The notes beneath the pieces are model-generated. The model saw nothing but the letters and a program-made list of their open reading frames with translations, was not told the DNA's origin and did no database searches. Below, piece after piece: positions 47,950 to 61,145 of a stretch of 64,000 nucleotides of DNA (its first letter is position 1; each line of letters begins with the position of its first letter). Made by a program: the position numbers and the translations under genes. The stretch comes from Candidatus Poribacteria bacterium (GTDB lineage: Bacteria; Poribacteria; WGA-4E; GCA-2687025), in contig JAPPNK010000020.1 in the NCBI GenBank assembly GCA_028818695.1, positions 64,632 to 128,631 on the forward strand, written 5' to 3'.

Positions 47950-50900
47950 ATGCGTTTGAAATCTGTAAAATTGCGCGGTTTCAAGAGCTTTGCTGAGTCG
48001 GCGGCCATCGAAACCGGCGGCGGAATCAACGTCATTGTCGGTCCGAACGGCTGCGGCAAAAGCAACATTTCAGACGCGATCCGCTGGGCGCTGGGCGAAC
48101 GCAGCCCTCGCTCGCTCCGCTGCGCCAAGATGCAGGACGCGCTTTTCAACGGCGGATCCAACCAAAAGCCTGCCAACGCCGCCGAAGTTTCCATCCTGTT
48201 CTCCAACGAAGAAAAAAGCCTGCCCATCGACTCGCCGATGGTGACGGTGACCCGCCGGTTGCGCCGGAGCGGCGAAAGCTCCTATCTGCTGAACGGCGTC
48301 GTCTGCAAGCGGCAGGACATCTATGAGCTGTTTATGGACACAGGCGTCGGGCGGAACGCCTATTCGCTCATGGAGCAGGGCAACATTGACCGTCTGTTGA
48401 CGACGCGCCCCGAAGACCGGCGCTCCTTTTTTGACGAGGTCGCCGGCATCACAAAATATAAGTATCAGAAAAAAGAGGCGTTGAAGAAGCTGGAGAGCGC
48501 CGATCAGAATCTGGTGAGCATCAACGCGATGATCGTCGAGATGGAAAGCCGCACCGAAGCTCTGCGCCGTCAAGCGGAGAGCGCGCTGGCTCTGCGCGAG
48601 CGCAAGGAGATTTTGCGAATCCTTGAGATTGAGCTGGCGCGGCGGCGCTGGCTGGCGGCGCAAGCGCGCCTGACCGAAGAAGAAGAAGCGTATGAAACGG
48701 CTGATTTGACGATCAAAACATCGTCGCGCGAGCTTGAGCGGCTCGGTTCCATTGAGGAGGAAGAGGCGCGCCGGCGCGATCAATTAGCGTCCAAGGCGCA
48801 AACGGCGCGCGGACATGTTCAGAAGATTGAGGTGGAGATTGCGCGCGTTGAAGGCGACATCGGCTTTCAAAAAGACCGCCGGCAGAGGTTGATGAACAAC
48901 CGAGAAGGGGCGGACGCGGACATTGAGAAGCTGCGCAAACAGGTGGAACAGATCAGCGAACAGATCGCCGAAAAAGAGCGCGGACGCGAGCAAGCTGAAA
49001 TCGAACTGCAGACCGACAAGGGGCGCCTGAAGGGCAGAACCCGCGCGCTGGAAGCGCTAGACAAGCAGATTGCGGACTCCACTCTCGATATCGACCAGCT
49101 GGAGCGTCGAATCGTGGACATAGACAGGGAGCGGATGGCTCTGGAAAACTCGTTGAGTTCCATCTCCGGCAGGGCGGAAAATTCAGCGGCGCGGCACACA
49201 AGCCTAGAGGAGCGCATCGCCCGCATTGAGGCGTCGTTGAAAGAGGCGCGCTCCACGCTGGAGAGGCTCCAAGACCGTTCCAAAAACCTATCCGCCGACG
49301 GAGCGGTGAACGCCGTTAAATTGACGGAGCTGGAGGAACAGATAAGCGCAACCGAATCGGCTCTGCGGAAGGCGGAGTCGGAACGGCGCGGTTTTCAGGA
49401 GCAGTTGGCTAAATCGGCTGCGGAAGCGCGCACCTTAGAGAACCTTGCTTCTTCATATCGGGGCTACTATCAGGGCGTTACAGCTGTCGCGAGAGTCGGG
49501 CGTGAAAGCCCTGAAACGCTCCCAGGCGTTTGCGGCGTCGTTGCTGAGCTGATTTCATGCGAAGAGATGCATGAGCGCGCCATCGAAGCCGCTTTAGGCT
49601 CCGCCGCGCAGAATATCATCATGGAGACGGCTGAAGACGCTAAACGCGCCATTCAGTTTCTGCGTCAACACCGCGCCGGGCGCGCCACCTTTCTCCCGCT
49701 GGACATCCTTTATTCGCGGTATCGAAAGGACGCGCATCTGCTGCGTTATCCAGGCGCTGTCGGATGGGCGCCCGATTTAATTCGGACGGACGCGCGTTAC
49801 TGGCCGGCGGTTGAAAATCTGCTTGGCGGCGTCATTGTCATGGAGACGCTGGACGACGCGATTCGTCTTTCTCGGCGGGAGCGGACGCGCTTTCGGCTGG
49901 CGACCTTAGAGGGGGAGCTGGTCTATTCCGGAGGAGCGATCAGCGGCGGACGGGAGCAGCGGCGCTCTGGCGGGGGGCTGCTTCAGCGGCCGAGAGAGCT
50001 GGAAGCGTTGAAGGCGAAGATAGGGCAGTTGAGCGCCTCTTTACAAGAAAAAGAAAGGCAGCGCGTCAAATTAGAATCGGACCTTGAGCAGATGAAAAAG
50101 GAGCGCGCCGATCGGCAAGAGAAGCTGCAGTCCGCGGCCGTCGAAAATGCGTCGCTTGAAAAAGAGATTGAACAGACCGCCGCCCGTCAAAAAGACCTTG
50201 AGGATGAGCTGGAGATCGAACAGGACGCCCGCGAGAACCTTGAAGAAGACGCCGAATCGATCGCGCAAAGCCGAGAGGAGAAAGAGACGGAGCTGGCGGA
50301 TAAAGAGAAAGAGCTGAAGACGCTCCAACGGCGCGCCTCAAACCTGAAGGAACAGCGCGCTGCAGATTCGCAGAGCCGCAGCGAGCTTCAAGAGGCTGTT
50401 TCCGCCCTGAAGGTGGACATCGCCTCGCGGCAGGGAAAACTGGACGGGTTTGAAGGCGAGATGGAGGCGCTGAAAAACCGCCAAGAGGACGCCCGGCGGC
50501 AGATCGCCGACAACGAGCGCGCAGCCCAAGACCATGACGCGGCGATGGAGGAGCTGGAGGCGGCTCTCGACAAGGCGCAGCGCAACTTTCTTATCCTTGA
50601 AAGCAAGCGGATGGAGCATGCGCAGGAAGCGGATCAACTCGAAGAGGAACGCGCCGAACTGGAAACGGAAGGGGCGAAACGGCAGAAGACGATGCGCCGT
50701 CTGGAAGGCGAACTGGAGCGCGCCAAAACAGTGCGGTACGACCATGATGTGAAAATGGTGCGCCTGCGGGAGAGAGCCGCCAAAACTGCTGAGCGCATTC
50801 AAGAAAAATACCGCGTCCCGGTGGACGACCTTCAGCCGAACGAAGAGGCGCCGGAGAACGACGCCGAAGCGGCTGAAGAGGCGAAACGCATTGCCGCCGA

Positions 50901-51522
50901 GATTGAACGCATGGGGCGCGTCAACGAGATGGCCGCCGAAGAGTATGAGGATCACCGGGGGCGCCTTGACCAGCTGCTAGATCAGCGGGACGATCTGACA
51001 AAGGCGCGCAATTCGATACGCTCATCCATACGCAAGATCGACGCGGCGTCTCAGGAGCGGTTTGCGGAGTCGTTTGAGCAGATTCGCGGGAACTATCAGG
51101 AGGTGTTTGCGCAGCTGTTCGGCGGCGGGGAGACGGAGCTGCGGCTGACCGACCCTGCGAATCCGCTGGAATCGGGGGTGGAGATCATGGCGTCGCCGCC
51201 GGGCAAGCGCCCGGAGAGCATCGCGGCGCTGTCGGGCGGGGAGCGGTCGCTGGTGGCAATCGCGCTGCTGTTTGCCGTCTTCAAGCTGCGCCCGTCGCCG
51301 TTCTGCGTGCTGGACGAGGTGGACGCGGCGCTGGACGAGGCGAACGTGCTGCGTTTCACCAACCTGATTCAAGATTACGCCAAGACGACGCAGTTTATCG
51401 TCATCACGCACAACAACCGGACAATGGAGAAAGCGGACATCCTCTACGGCGTCACGATGGAGAAAGCGGGCGTTTCAAAGATCTTGTCGATCCCGCTTTC
51501 CCCTGCCGAAGAGGCTCCCTAG
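47950..51522 (+). CDS. smc: Chromosome segregation protein SMC
   Basis: 1190 aa; Walker A GPNGCGKSN, long coiled coils, hinge, signature LSGGERSL and Walker B CVLDEVDAALD. Confidence 0.95.
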   Translation: MRLKSVKLRGFKSFAESAAIETGGGINVIVGPNGCGKSNISDAIRWALGERSPRSLRCAKMQDALFNGGSNQKPANAAEVSILFSNEEKSLPIDSPMVTVTRRLRRSGESSYLLNGVVCKRQDIYELFMDTGVGRNAYSLMEQGNIDRLLTTRPEDRRSFFDEVAGITKYKYQKKEALKKLESADQNLVSINAMIVEMESRTEALRRQAESALALRERKEILRILEIELARRRWLAAQARLTEEEEAYETADLTIKTSSRELERLGSIEEEEARRRDQLASKAQTARGHVQKIEVEIARVEGDIGFQKDRRQRLMNNREGADADIEKLRKQVEQISEQIAEKERGREQAEIELQTDKGRLKGRTRALEALDKQIADSTLDIDQLERRIVDIDRERMALENSLSSISGRAENSAARHTSLEERIARIEASLKEARSTLERLQDRSKNLSADGAVNAVKLTELEEQISATESALRKAESERRGFQEQLAKSAAEARTLENLASSYRGYYQGVTAVARVGRESPETLPGVCGVVAELISCEEMHERAIEAALGSAAQNIIMETAEDAKRAIQFLRQHRAGRATFLPLDILYSRYRKDAHLLRYPGAVGWAPDLIRTDARYWPAVENLLGGVIVMETLDDAIRLSRRERTRFRLATLEGELVYSGGAISGGREQRRSGGGLLQRPRELEALKAKIGQLSASLQEKERQRVKLESDLEQMKKERADRQEKLQSAAVENASLEKEIEQTAARQKDLEDELEIEQDARENLEEDAESIAQSREEKETELADKEKELKTLQRRASNLKEQRAADSQSRSELQEAVSALKVDIASRQGKLDGFEGEMEALKNRQEDARRQIADNERAAQDHDAAMEELEAALDKAQRNFLILESKRMEHAQEADQLEEERAELETEGAKRQKTMRRLEGELERAKTVRYDHDVKMVRLRERAAKTAERIQEKYRVPVDDLQPNEEAPENDAEAAEEAKRIAAEIERMGRVNEMAAEEYEDHRGRLDQLLDQRDDLTKARNSIRSSIRKIDAASQERFAESFEQIRGNYQEVFAQLFGGGETELRLTDPANPLESGVEIMASPPGKRPESIAALSGGERSLVAIALLFAVFKLRPSPFCVLDEVDAALDEANVLRFTNLIQDYAKTTQFIVITHNNRTMEKADILYGVTMEKAGVSKILSIPLSPAEEAP

Positions 51523-51531
51523 GTCCGCTGA

Positions 51532-51564
51532 CCGTCATTCTTCCCGCGCGGGCGCGGGGAGAAC
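51532..51564. repeat. Degenerate palindromic repeat / hairpin CCGTCATTCTTCCCGCGCGGGCGCGGGGAGAAC
   Basis: Variant of the ATTCCCGCG...CGCGGGAA palindrome immediately after the smc stop, between convergent genes; may serve as terminator. Confidence 0.5.
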
Positions 51565-51610
51565 ATCCCAGATGTGGATAGCGAGGGTGGACGAGGCGAC
51601 TCTTTTCAAT

Positions 51611-53053
51611 CTACCGACCTGCCGAGGCGGGAGCGTTTTCCTTCTTCGGTTGAGTTGGCGCCATGAGCGGCTCCATCGGTTGCTCCCAGTTGACGCGGTC
51701 GTCCTTGAAGCCGTACAATTCCATATGCCCCCTGAAGTTGTCCTCGAAGGGGCCGTCCATGAATCTAGAGAGGCTCGCCTCGCTTTGGGCGACGCGCTTG
51801 GCGTCGTCGCTGGCGTTGATGTCGGTCAAGGTGGAGCGCCAAACCTTCGCCGCGCACAGATGGTGCAGGTAGTACGCCAGCTTCTCCATGTCGGCGCGAA
51901 ACTCCGCCCGTTTCTCCTTAGGCGGCTGATCCAACTGCTCCATCTTTTCGGCGTCCCAGAGAAACATGTTCGTGGAGATCATATGCGCATCGACCGATCT
52001 GTAGGCGTTTTTTAGGACCTCGTCTGCGCAGCGGATTTCCTCGCGCTTCTCCCAGTCGAGCCGCGGTTTTAAAAACTTGGGCGACTGCCTCGCCGCGTCC
52101 CATTGGGCGCGCAGGCCGTCCATTCGCTCTTCCGCCTCAGCCGTCTCTTTGTCGGAGGCTCCCGCGATGAGCGCATCGCGCCAGTCGCGCGCCGCCAAGC
52201 TCCAGCGCAAAGCCGCCTGCGCGACCGCCTTATGCTGGGCGATCCTCTCGGCGTTCCATCTGCGTTCTGGATAGTACCAGCCTCGCCGGCGCAGCGACAG
52301 GTCCCGATATGGACTTTCCCAGGTGTAAACGGCGTATTTCTGCGTTTCGCGCAGGGCGCGTTCCATCTCCCGTTCGGCGCGCTCCAGCGGCGAACCGGCG
52401 TAATCGGCAGGCTCGAACGTGTCGGACGGCTCCCATCCCCAAACGAGAACGCCCGCCCGATTCTTCACCGTCCAGAACGTTTCGCGCGCTTCCTGAACGG
52501 CGGCGAGCAGCTCCTCTTCCGCGCCGTTTCCTTGTTCCAGCTCTCTCTCGGCGGCGCGCAGGCGGTCGAACGCCTCTAGATAGGCGGCGCGCCCGACCGA
52601 CTCGGTTTCCCGTTCCGCCGGGAGAGGCGGAGGCGTCCATTCCGACAACGCTTGGACGGCGCTTCCGAGGGCGTTGTACGCGTTCATCTCGGCTTGACGC
52701 GCCGTTTCGAGAGCGGCGTCTCTCTTTTCAAACGAAACCGATTCGTCCTGGAGGACGGTCAGCAGAGCCGTTTCGGCTGTCAACAGCTCCCGCTCCGCCG
52801 CCGCATATTCCTCTAAGGATGTCCGCGCCTTTTCATGCGCTTCGACTCGCTCAGGGGGCCATCTTGACATGTCAAGCTCAGCCCCAAGGCGCTCGGAAAG
52901 CAGATAAGCGCCTTTCAAACGCCTCTCAACGCTCTGAACAGCGGACGCGGAATCTTCAACAGCTGCCTCGTCTACCGGCCATGAACGGAACATGAAACAA
53001 CCGGCCAACATTGTCAACAGCGCAAGCGGAACCGATATATGCGCGGTTTTCAT
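51611..53053 (-). CDS. Lipoprotein with coiled-coil, function unknown
   Basis: 480 aa; lipobox-like LAGC at N-terminus; Glu/Arg/Ala-rich helical sequence. Confidence 0.5.
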   Translation of the reverse strand: MKTAHISVPLALLTMLAGCFMFRSWPVDEAAVEDSASAVQSVERRLKGAYLLSERLGAELDMSRWPPERVEAHEKARTSLEEYAAAERELLTAETALLTVLQDESVSFEKRDAALETARQAEMNAYNALGSAVQALSEWTPPPLPAERETESVGRAAYLEAFDRLRAAERELEQGNGAEEELLAAVQEARETFWTVKNRAGVLVWGWEPSDTFEPADYAGSPLERAEREMERALRETQKYAVYTWESPYRDLSLRRRGWYYPERRWNAERIAQHKAVAQAALRWSLAARDWRDALIAGASDKETAEAEERMDGLRAQWDAARQSPKFLKPRLDWEKREEIRCADEVLKNAYRSVDAHMISTNMFLWDAEKMEQLDQPPKEKRAEFRADMEKLAYYLHHLCAAKVWRSTLTDINASDDAKRVAQSEASLSRFMDGPFEDNFRGHMELYGFKDDRVNWEQPMEPLMAPTQPKKENAPASAGR

Positions 53054-53297
53054 AAGCGCTCCTTCCGTTGCATCATAACATGCGCGCGTCGTTTGCGCAA
53101 CAGCTTTCGGCGATGTCGGCGCTTGAGTGGGGGCATGGTGCGCGAGAACGGCGGTCTGCCGGGCGGCTGCAGTTCAGCCTAAGAAACTTGGTCAACGGCA
53201 TTTGACAAACTCCCCCCCGCGCGTTAAACTATGAATCAAGCAGGGCGGATAACGGCATCCGTCAAGAGCGCGCAACTGCAATCAGAAAGGGTTGTTC

Positions 53298-54749
<1,452 letters not shown>

Positions 54750-54773
54750 ACTAGACGGGAGAAACATACAGCG

Positions 54774-55535
54774 ATGCTTGAAATCAAAGACCTATGGGCG
54801 GGCGTTGACGGGGAGCCGATCCTGAAGGGTTTGTCGCTCACGGTGAACGCCGGCGAGGTCCATTCCATCATGGGTCCGAACGGATCCGGCAAAAGCACCT
54901 TGGCGCATGTGTTAGCCGGCAAGGAGGAATACGAGGCGACCGACGGAAGCGTCCAGTACCTCGGCCAAGATCTGTTGGAGATGGCGCCTGAGGAGCGCGC
55001 ATGCGAGGGCGTCTTTCTGGCGTTCCAATACCCTGTCTCTATACCCGGCGTCAGCAACACCTACTTTTTGAAAGCGGCCATCAATGCGAAGCGGAAATAC
55101 AACGGCGATCAAGAGATTGACGCTTTTGAGTTCATGCAGATGGTTAAGGAAAAGTCGAAGGCGCTGAACATCGATACGGCTCTGCTGAACCGCCCCGTCA
55201 ACGACGGCTTTTCCGGCGGCGAAAAGAAACGGAACGAGATTTTTCAGATGGCGATGTTAGACCCGCGCCTCGCGATCATGGACGAGACCGATTCGGGGTT
55301 GGACATTGACGCGCTCAAGGTGGTTGCGGACGGCGTCAACAGTCTGCGCGGGGACGGCCGAGGATTCATCGTCATCACCCACTACCAGCGGCTTTTGAAC
55401 TACATTGTGCCGGATTTTGTTCATGTGCTGAACGACGGCAAGATCGTCCGCTCCGGCGGAAAGGATCTGGCGCAGGAGCTGGAAGAAAAAGGGTACCGTT
55501 GGCTAAAAGAGCGGGATGAAGCCCATGGCGGATGA
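54774..55535 (+). CDS. sufC: Fe-S cluster assembly ATPase SufC
   Basis: Walker A GPNGSGKST, signature FSGGEKKR, Walker B AIMDETDSGLD. Confidence 0.95.
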   Translation: MLEIKDLWAGVDGEPILKGLSLTVNAGEVHSIMGPNGSGKSTLAHVLAGKEEYEATDGSVQYLGQDLLEMAPEERACEGVFLAFQYPVSIPGVSNTYFLKAAINAKRKYNGDQEIDAFEFMQMVKEKSKALNIDTALLNRPVNDGFSGGEKKRNEIFQMAMLDPRLAIMDETDSGLDIDALKVVADGVNSLRGDGRGFIVITHYQRLLNYIVPDFVHVLNDGKIVRSGGKDLAQELEEKGYRWLKERDEAHGG

Positions 55536-56810
55536 TCTGAAGCAACGCCTCTTGAACGGCATTCAAAACGCTTCAAGCCTCTCTGTGCGCAGGAAAAGCG
55601 CGCTGGACGCCTTTCGGGGCATGCAATTCCCGACGACGAAGACGGAGGAGTGGCGGTTCACCAACCTGCGCAATTTTCTTCAAACGCCGTTTGAACCCGC
55701 TCCAGAGGCGCGCCTTTCGCTGGATGAGCTGAACGCGGTTGAATTCGCGGACCTCGGCTTTCCGCGCGCCGTGTTCGTGAACGGGCGTTACGCGCCGGAG
55801 CTGTCGAACGCGGAGGAGGCGGACGGGATCTCAACGGCTCCGTTGAACGAGGACGCGGAGCTCGGATCGGCAGACGAATCGGAAAGCGACATCTTCGACG
55901 CGCTGAACGCGGCGATCGCAAGCGAAGGCGTTGTCGTACGCGCCGCCCCTGGAAAGGCGGTCGAAACGCCCCTGCATCTGGTGTACCTCACATCGCCATC
56001 CAACGGCAGCCCTGCGGCTTGCCACCCGCGTACGCTCATCGCCGCCGGCGGCAACAGCCAGCTGACCGTCATCGAGTCGCATCTTTCCTGCGGCGGATCG
56101 AACGGCGCGCCTTATTTCACCAACCCTGTGACGGAGATTGTGTGTCAGCGCGGCGCGGTCGTCGACCATTACAAACTGCAGGCTGAAGCGGAGGGGGGGT
56201 TCCACATCGGTTCAACCCGTTCGCGCCAAGAACGGGACAGCTCCTTTGCGACGCACACCATCACTCTCGGCGCGGGGCTTCTTCGCAACAACCTGACAGC
56301 GACCTTGGACGGACCCGGCGCCTCGGCGACGCTCCATGCGTTCTATCTGGCGACCGGGAATCAGCATGTCGACCATTTCACAACGCTCGTTCACGCGCGC
56401 GAGAACTGCAACAGCCGCGAGGTGTATAAAGGCGTTTTGGACGACGCCTCGCGCGCCGTTTTTCATGGGCGCATACTCGTCAAGCAGGATGCCCAAGACA
56501 CCGATTCGTATCAGCAAAATGAGAATCTGCTGTTGACGAAGCGGGCGCGCGTCAACACGAAGCCGCAGCTGGAAATCTACGCTGATCAGGTCAAATGCAG
56601 CCACGGGGCGACCGTTGGGGAGCTGGACGAAGAGGCGATGTTTTATCTGCGGTCGCGCTGCATCGGGGAGCCGGCGGCGCGCAGCCTGCTCATCTACGCT
56701 TTCGCCAGCGAGGTGATTGACCAGATAAAGCCTGAACCGCTGCGTTCCAAGCTTCAAGACGAATTGTTTGCCTGGCTGCCTGAAGGCGCCGCGGCGCGGG
56801 AGGCGTTCTG

Positions 56811-56811
<1 letters not shown>
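55516..56811 (+). CDS. sufD: Fe-S cluster assembly protein SufD
   Basis: 431 aa; position between sufC and sufS and SufB/D-family C-terminal domain. Confidence 0.85.
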
Positions 56812-58055
<1,244 letters not shown>

Positions 58056-58063
58056 GAAGGCGC

Positions 58064-58516
58064 ATGTCCGAACTGAACGAGCTGTACCAGCAGACGATCC
58101 TTGACCATAACCGAAACCCGCGCAACTACGGCGTCCTAGAAGACGCGGACGGAGAAGCGGACGGCCACAACCCGCTCTGCGGCGACAAGGTGCGGATTTA
58201 TATCGCGTTAGAAGGCGACACGATACGCAGCGCTCGGTTCGAAGGCGTTGGATGCGCCATCTCGACCGCCTCCGCGTCGCTTATGACTGAAGCGCTGGAA
58301 GGCAAAACGCTTGACGAGGCGGAAGAGCTGTTCGCCGGTTTTCAAGAGCTCGTAACGACGGGGCAGGACGCGATGGACGCCATCGAGTCGCTGGGCAAGC
58401 TTGCTGTGTTTGCGGGCGTCCGCGCCTATCCGATGCGCGTCAAATGCGCGACGCTCGCATGGCACACTTTCAAAGCGGCCCTCAATCAAGAGACGGCGAC
58501 CGTCACCACGGAATGA
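58064..58516 (+). CDS. sufU: SUF system NifU-family Fe-S scaffold (SufU-type)
   Basis: 150 aa; NPLCGD, GCAIS and C-terminal Cys typical of SufU/IscU-like proteins. Confidence 0.8.
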   Translation: MSELNELYQQTILDHNRNPRNYGVLEDADGEADGHNPLCGDKVRIYIALEGDTIRSARFEGVGCAISTASASLMTEALEGKTLDEAEELFAGFQELVTTGQDAMDAIESLGKLAVFAGVRAYPMRVKCATLAWHTFKAALNQETATVTTE

Positions 58517-58539
58517 TCTGAACTGGACGAGATCGAACG

Positions 58540-59808
58540 ATGTCGGAACTGATGCGCTGGGCGGAGAGGCTCAAAAAAGTACCTGAATCGCGGAGAGGCT
58601 TTTTGTCAAAGATTGGCAAAGGCGCGATTCTTGCCGGGATGGGAGCTTTCGGCGCAGGATGCGAATCGTTCGACCGCGGCGTCTTGGGGCGGGAGCTGAT
58701 ACCGATTGTCCTTGAAGACGCGCGGCTGGCGGGGCTGCCAAAGCCGGACATGACCGTCCATACCGAATTCCCGTTCAACGGCGAATTCGCCCCTAGCCTT
58801 CTGAACGACGATGTCACCCCCTCCGAGCGGCACTTCGTCCGAAATAACAGCGGCATTCCTGAACGCGCCGTCAACCAAGACTTTGCAGGCTGGAAGCTGA
58901 CCATCGATGGGGAAGTGAAGAAACCGCTCTCGCTATCGATGAGAGAGCTGAACCAGTTTCCGCAGACGACGATGCAGGCGGTGTTGGAGTGCGCCGGGAA
59001 CGGGCGCAGCCTCTTTGAGCCGAAGGTGGGCGGAACGCCTTGGCGGCGGGGCGCCGTCGCATGCAGCGAATGGAGCGGACCGCGCCTGCGCGATCTGCTT
59101 CAAGCCGCCGGCGTGAAATCGAGCGCCGTTTATCTCGGCTGCTACGGCGAAGATATTCCGAACGACGGAAGCGAGCCGTTCTCGCGCGGTATCCCCATCG
59201 AAAAAGCGCTGGACGAACACACGCTCATTGCGACGATGATGAACGGAGAGCCGCTGCCGGCGGCGCATGGTTTCCCTGCGCGCCTGATCGTGCCAGGTTG
59301 GATCGGCAGCGCCATGCAGAAGTGGCTCACACGCATCTGGGCGCGCGACATCGTCCATGATTCCAGTAAAATGACCGGGTATTCTTACCGCGTCCCCGCG
59401 TATCCGACGGCGCCCGGCGAAACGCCGCCGGTAGAGGATATGGTTATCGCGACGGCGTGGAAGGTGAAGTCGCTCATCACGCGCCCGCAGGAGTATGTTG
59501 AACTAAAACCCGGGGCGTCGCTCTCGGCGAGAGGGCATGCCTGGGCGGGCGAGAACGAGATCGCGAAGGTCGCCGTCTCGACCGATTTTGGGCAGCAGTG
59601 GCAGGAGGCGCGCCTGACGCCGCCTGCCAACAGATACGCTTGGTACCACTGGGAGGCGGACCTGTCGTTTCCCATCCGCGGCTACTATGAGATCTGGGCG
59701 CGCGCCTACGACGACAAGGGAGCCGCGCAGCCTTTCAAGCAGCCCTGGAACCCGAAAGGGTATCTAGGCAACGTGATTCACAGGGTTCCAGTTCTCGTTG
59801 ACAGTTAA
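58540..59808 (+). CDS. Sulfite oxidase-family molybdopterin oxidoreductase with Tat signal
   Basis: Twin-arginine leader RRGFLSKIGKGAILAG; molybdopterin-binding domain (VLECAGNGRS, ARLIVPGWIG) and C-terminal dimerisation-like domain. Confidence 0.75.
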   Translation: MSELMRWAERLKKVPESRRGFLSKIGKGAILAGMGAFGAGCESFDRGVLGRELIPIVLEDARLAGLPKPDMTVHTEFPFNGEFAPSLLNDDVTPSERHFVRNNSGIPERAVNQDFAGWKLTIDGEVKKPLSLSMRELNQFPQTTMQAVLECAGNGRSLFEPKVGGTPWRRGAVACSEWSGPRLRDLLQAAGVKSSAVYLGCYGEDIPNDGSEPFSRGIPIEKALDEHTLIATMMNGEPLPAAHGFPARLIVPGWIGSAMQKWLTRIWARDIVHDSSKMTGYSYRVPAYPTAPGETPPVEDMVIATAWKVKSLITRPQEYVELKPGASLSARGHAWAGENEIAKVAVSTDFGQQWQEARLTPPANRYAWYHWEADLSFPIRGYYEIWARAYDDKGAAQPFKQPWNPKGYLGNVIHRVPVLVDS

Positions 59809-59823
59809 ACGAAAGAGGCAAGC

Positions 59824-60198
59824 ATGGCAAAAAAAGCGCAGTTGACCGACCTTGTCGGCGCCGATCAGATCGAAGAGGAGATCGTTGCGGCGCTGAAGAC
59901 GGTGTACGACCCTGAGATACCTGTCAACATCTACGATATGGGTCTCATCTACGAAATTGAGGTGGACAAGGCGGGCGCGGCGACGGTGAACATGACCCTG
60001 ACAAGCCCCGCATGCCCCGTCGCGCAGTCGCTTCCGCTGGCGGTGAAGGACAAGGTCGCCTCGGCTCCGGGCGTGACGGAGGCGCAGGTGAATGTGGTCT
60101 GGGATCCGCCGTGGACAATGGAGCGGATGTCGGACGAAGCGAAGTTTGAGCTGGGGCTTATGGATGTGGAGCCTGTGGAGCGGGATCGTCGGCGTTAG
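59824..60198 (+). CDS. sufT: DUF59 / MIP18-family Fe-S assembly protein (SufT-like)
   Basis: 124 aa; VYDPEIPVNIYDMGLIY...TLTSPACP typical of DUF59 proteins; last gene of the suf cluster. Confidence 0.6.
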   Translation: MAKKAQLTDLVGADQIEEEIVAALKTVYDPEIPVNIYDMGLIYEIEVDKAGAATVNMTLTSPACPVAQSLPLAVKDKVASAPGVTEAQVNVVWDPPWTMERMSDEAKFELGLMDVEPVERDRRR

Positions 60199-60234
60199 GG
60201 ATTTTTAAGAAACGCCCAGCGCCCAAAACCGCCG

Positions 60235-60283
60235 TCATTCCCGCGAAGCATGTCCTCGTTAAAACGGGGAGCGGGAATCCAGA
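60235..60283. repeat. Expanded palindromic repeat unit (GTCATTCCCGCG + 27-nt insert + GCGGGAATCCAG)
   Basis: Same arms as the 27-bp unit with a longer loop; immediately upstream of MITE-like copy B. Confidence 0.6.
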
Positions 60284-60360
60284 TTCAAGCAGACAGCGTC
60301 CGCGTTCACAACCAGATTTATCCTACTCAAGGGTTAAGTTGAGCGCTCCGTTTATGCAAC

Positions 60361-60538
60361 AGGCGTCTTCTCCAGGCAGCCTCTACAGGCGATGATGTAC
60401 GAAAATCCTGTTCAAATCGGGCAGATCGTCATTCCCGCGAAAGCGGGAATCCAGGTTCTCCCAGACAGCCTCCGCATTCTAAAACGGCTCTATAAAATCA
60501 AAATCATCGTCATATAGAGACTGCCTGGAGAAGACGCC
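60361..60538. repeat. MITE-like repeat element, copy B (about 178 bp, 25-bp terminal inverted repeats, embeds the palindromic unit at 60428-60454)
   Basis: Termini AGGCGTCTTCTCCAGGCAGCCTCTA ... TAGAGACTGCCTGGAGAAGACGCCT are inverted repeats with one mismatch; interior about 93% identical to copy A at 30372-30522. Confidence 0.75.
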
Positions 60539-60694
60539 TAATCGTCATTTCCGACGACGCCCAGGTCTCTAATGATGACCTTAACATCGGAAGCGTCGGG
60601 GGACGCAGTTGAGTACCGCTTTTCGTGGTCGGCGTAGTGCGGCGTCCACAGCTGATTTAACCGCAAAAAGCTTCTTGTTGCGCGCAGCGCCTGC

Positions 60695-60949
60695 TCAATC
60701 CTTGTCCGCAGAGTACGCCTTTCTCGCTTCTCTCTCTTTTTCTGCCATCAGCTCGCGGATGCGCCTTAGGTCTAGGCGGGCGCCCTTTGCCCATATCTGC
60801 GCCTCATCAGAATGCAAAAACGCGCGCGCGTCCTCCCGCATCTCCGCCGGCGCGGACGAGCCTGGCAGCGCGTCTCGGCACGCCGCCGCCATCACCGCCT
60901 GCGCCATCGTTCCGTACCGTTCCCAGGTTTCTTTCCGCTGCGTATCCAT
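60695..60949 (-). CDS. Small hypothetical protein (84 aa), coding status uncertain
   Basis: Only sizeable ORF in the 0.9-kb non-coding stretch between sufT and the kinase gene; no motif. Confidence 0.25.
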   Translation of the reverse strand: MDTQRKETWERYGTMAQAVMAAACRDALPGSSAPAEMREDARAFLHSDEAQIWAKGARLDLRRIRELMAEKEREARKAYSADKD

Positions 60950-61145
60950 TGTTTTCTCCTTCGCTCGCTTGCTTTTTAAACGGCGAAAGGGCGCGATTCG
61001 ATTACAGAAAAACGACCTAAAGTGCTGTTATTTTTTCTCGGCGTACAGCGTCGGAATCAAGAAATGAGTTTAGAGAAGTTAAAATTCTGGCGTTGCCGCT
61101 TGAGTCGGGTATGTCAGGACATGGAAGCAGCTCGTTATTGCCGAT

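Noticed and set aside
48070-50955. Multiple 80-240 aa ORFs overlapping smc on both strands
   Set aside because: All lie inside the smc coding region, whose SMC head/coiled-coil/hinge architecture is clear.
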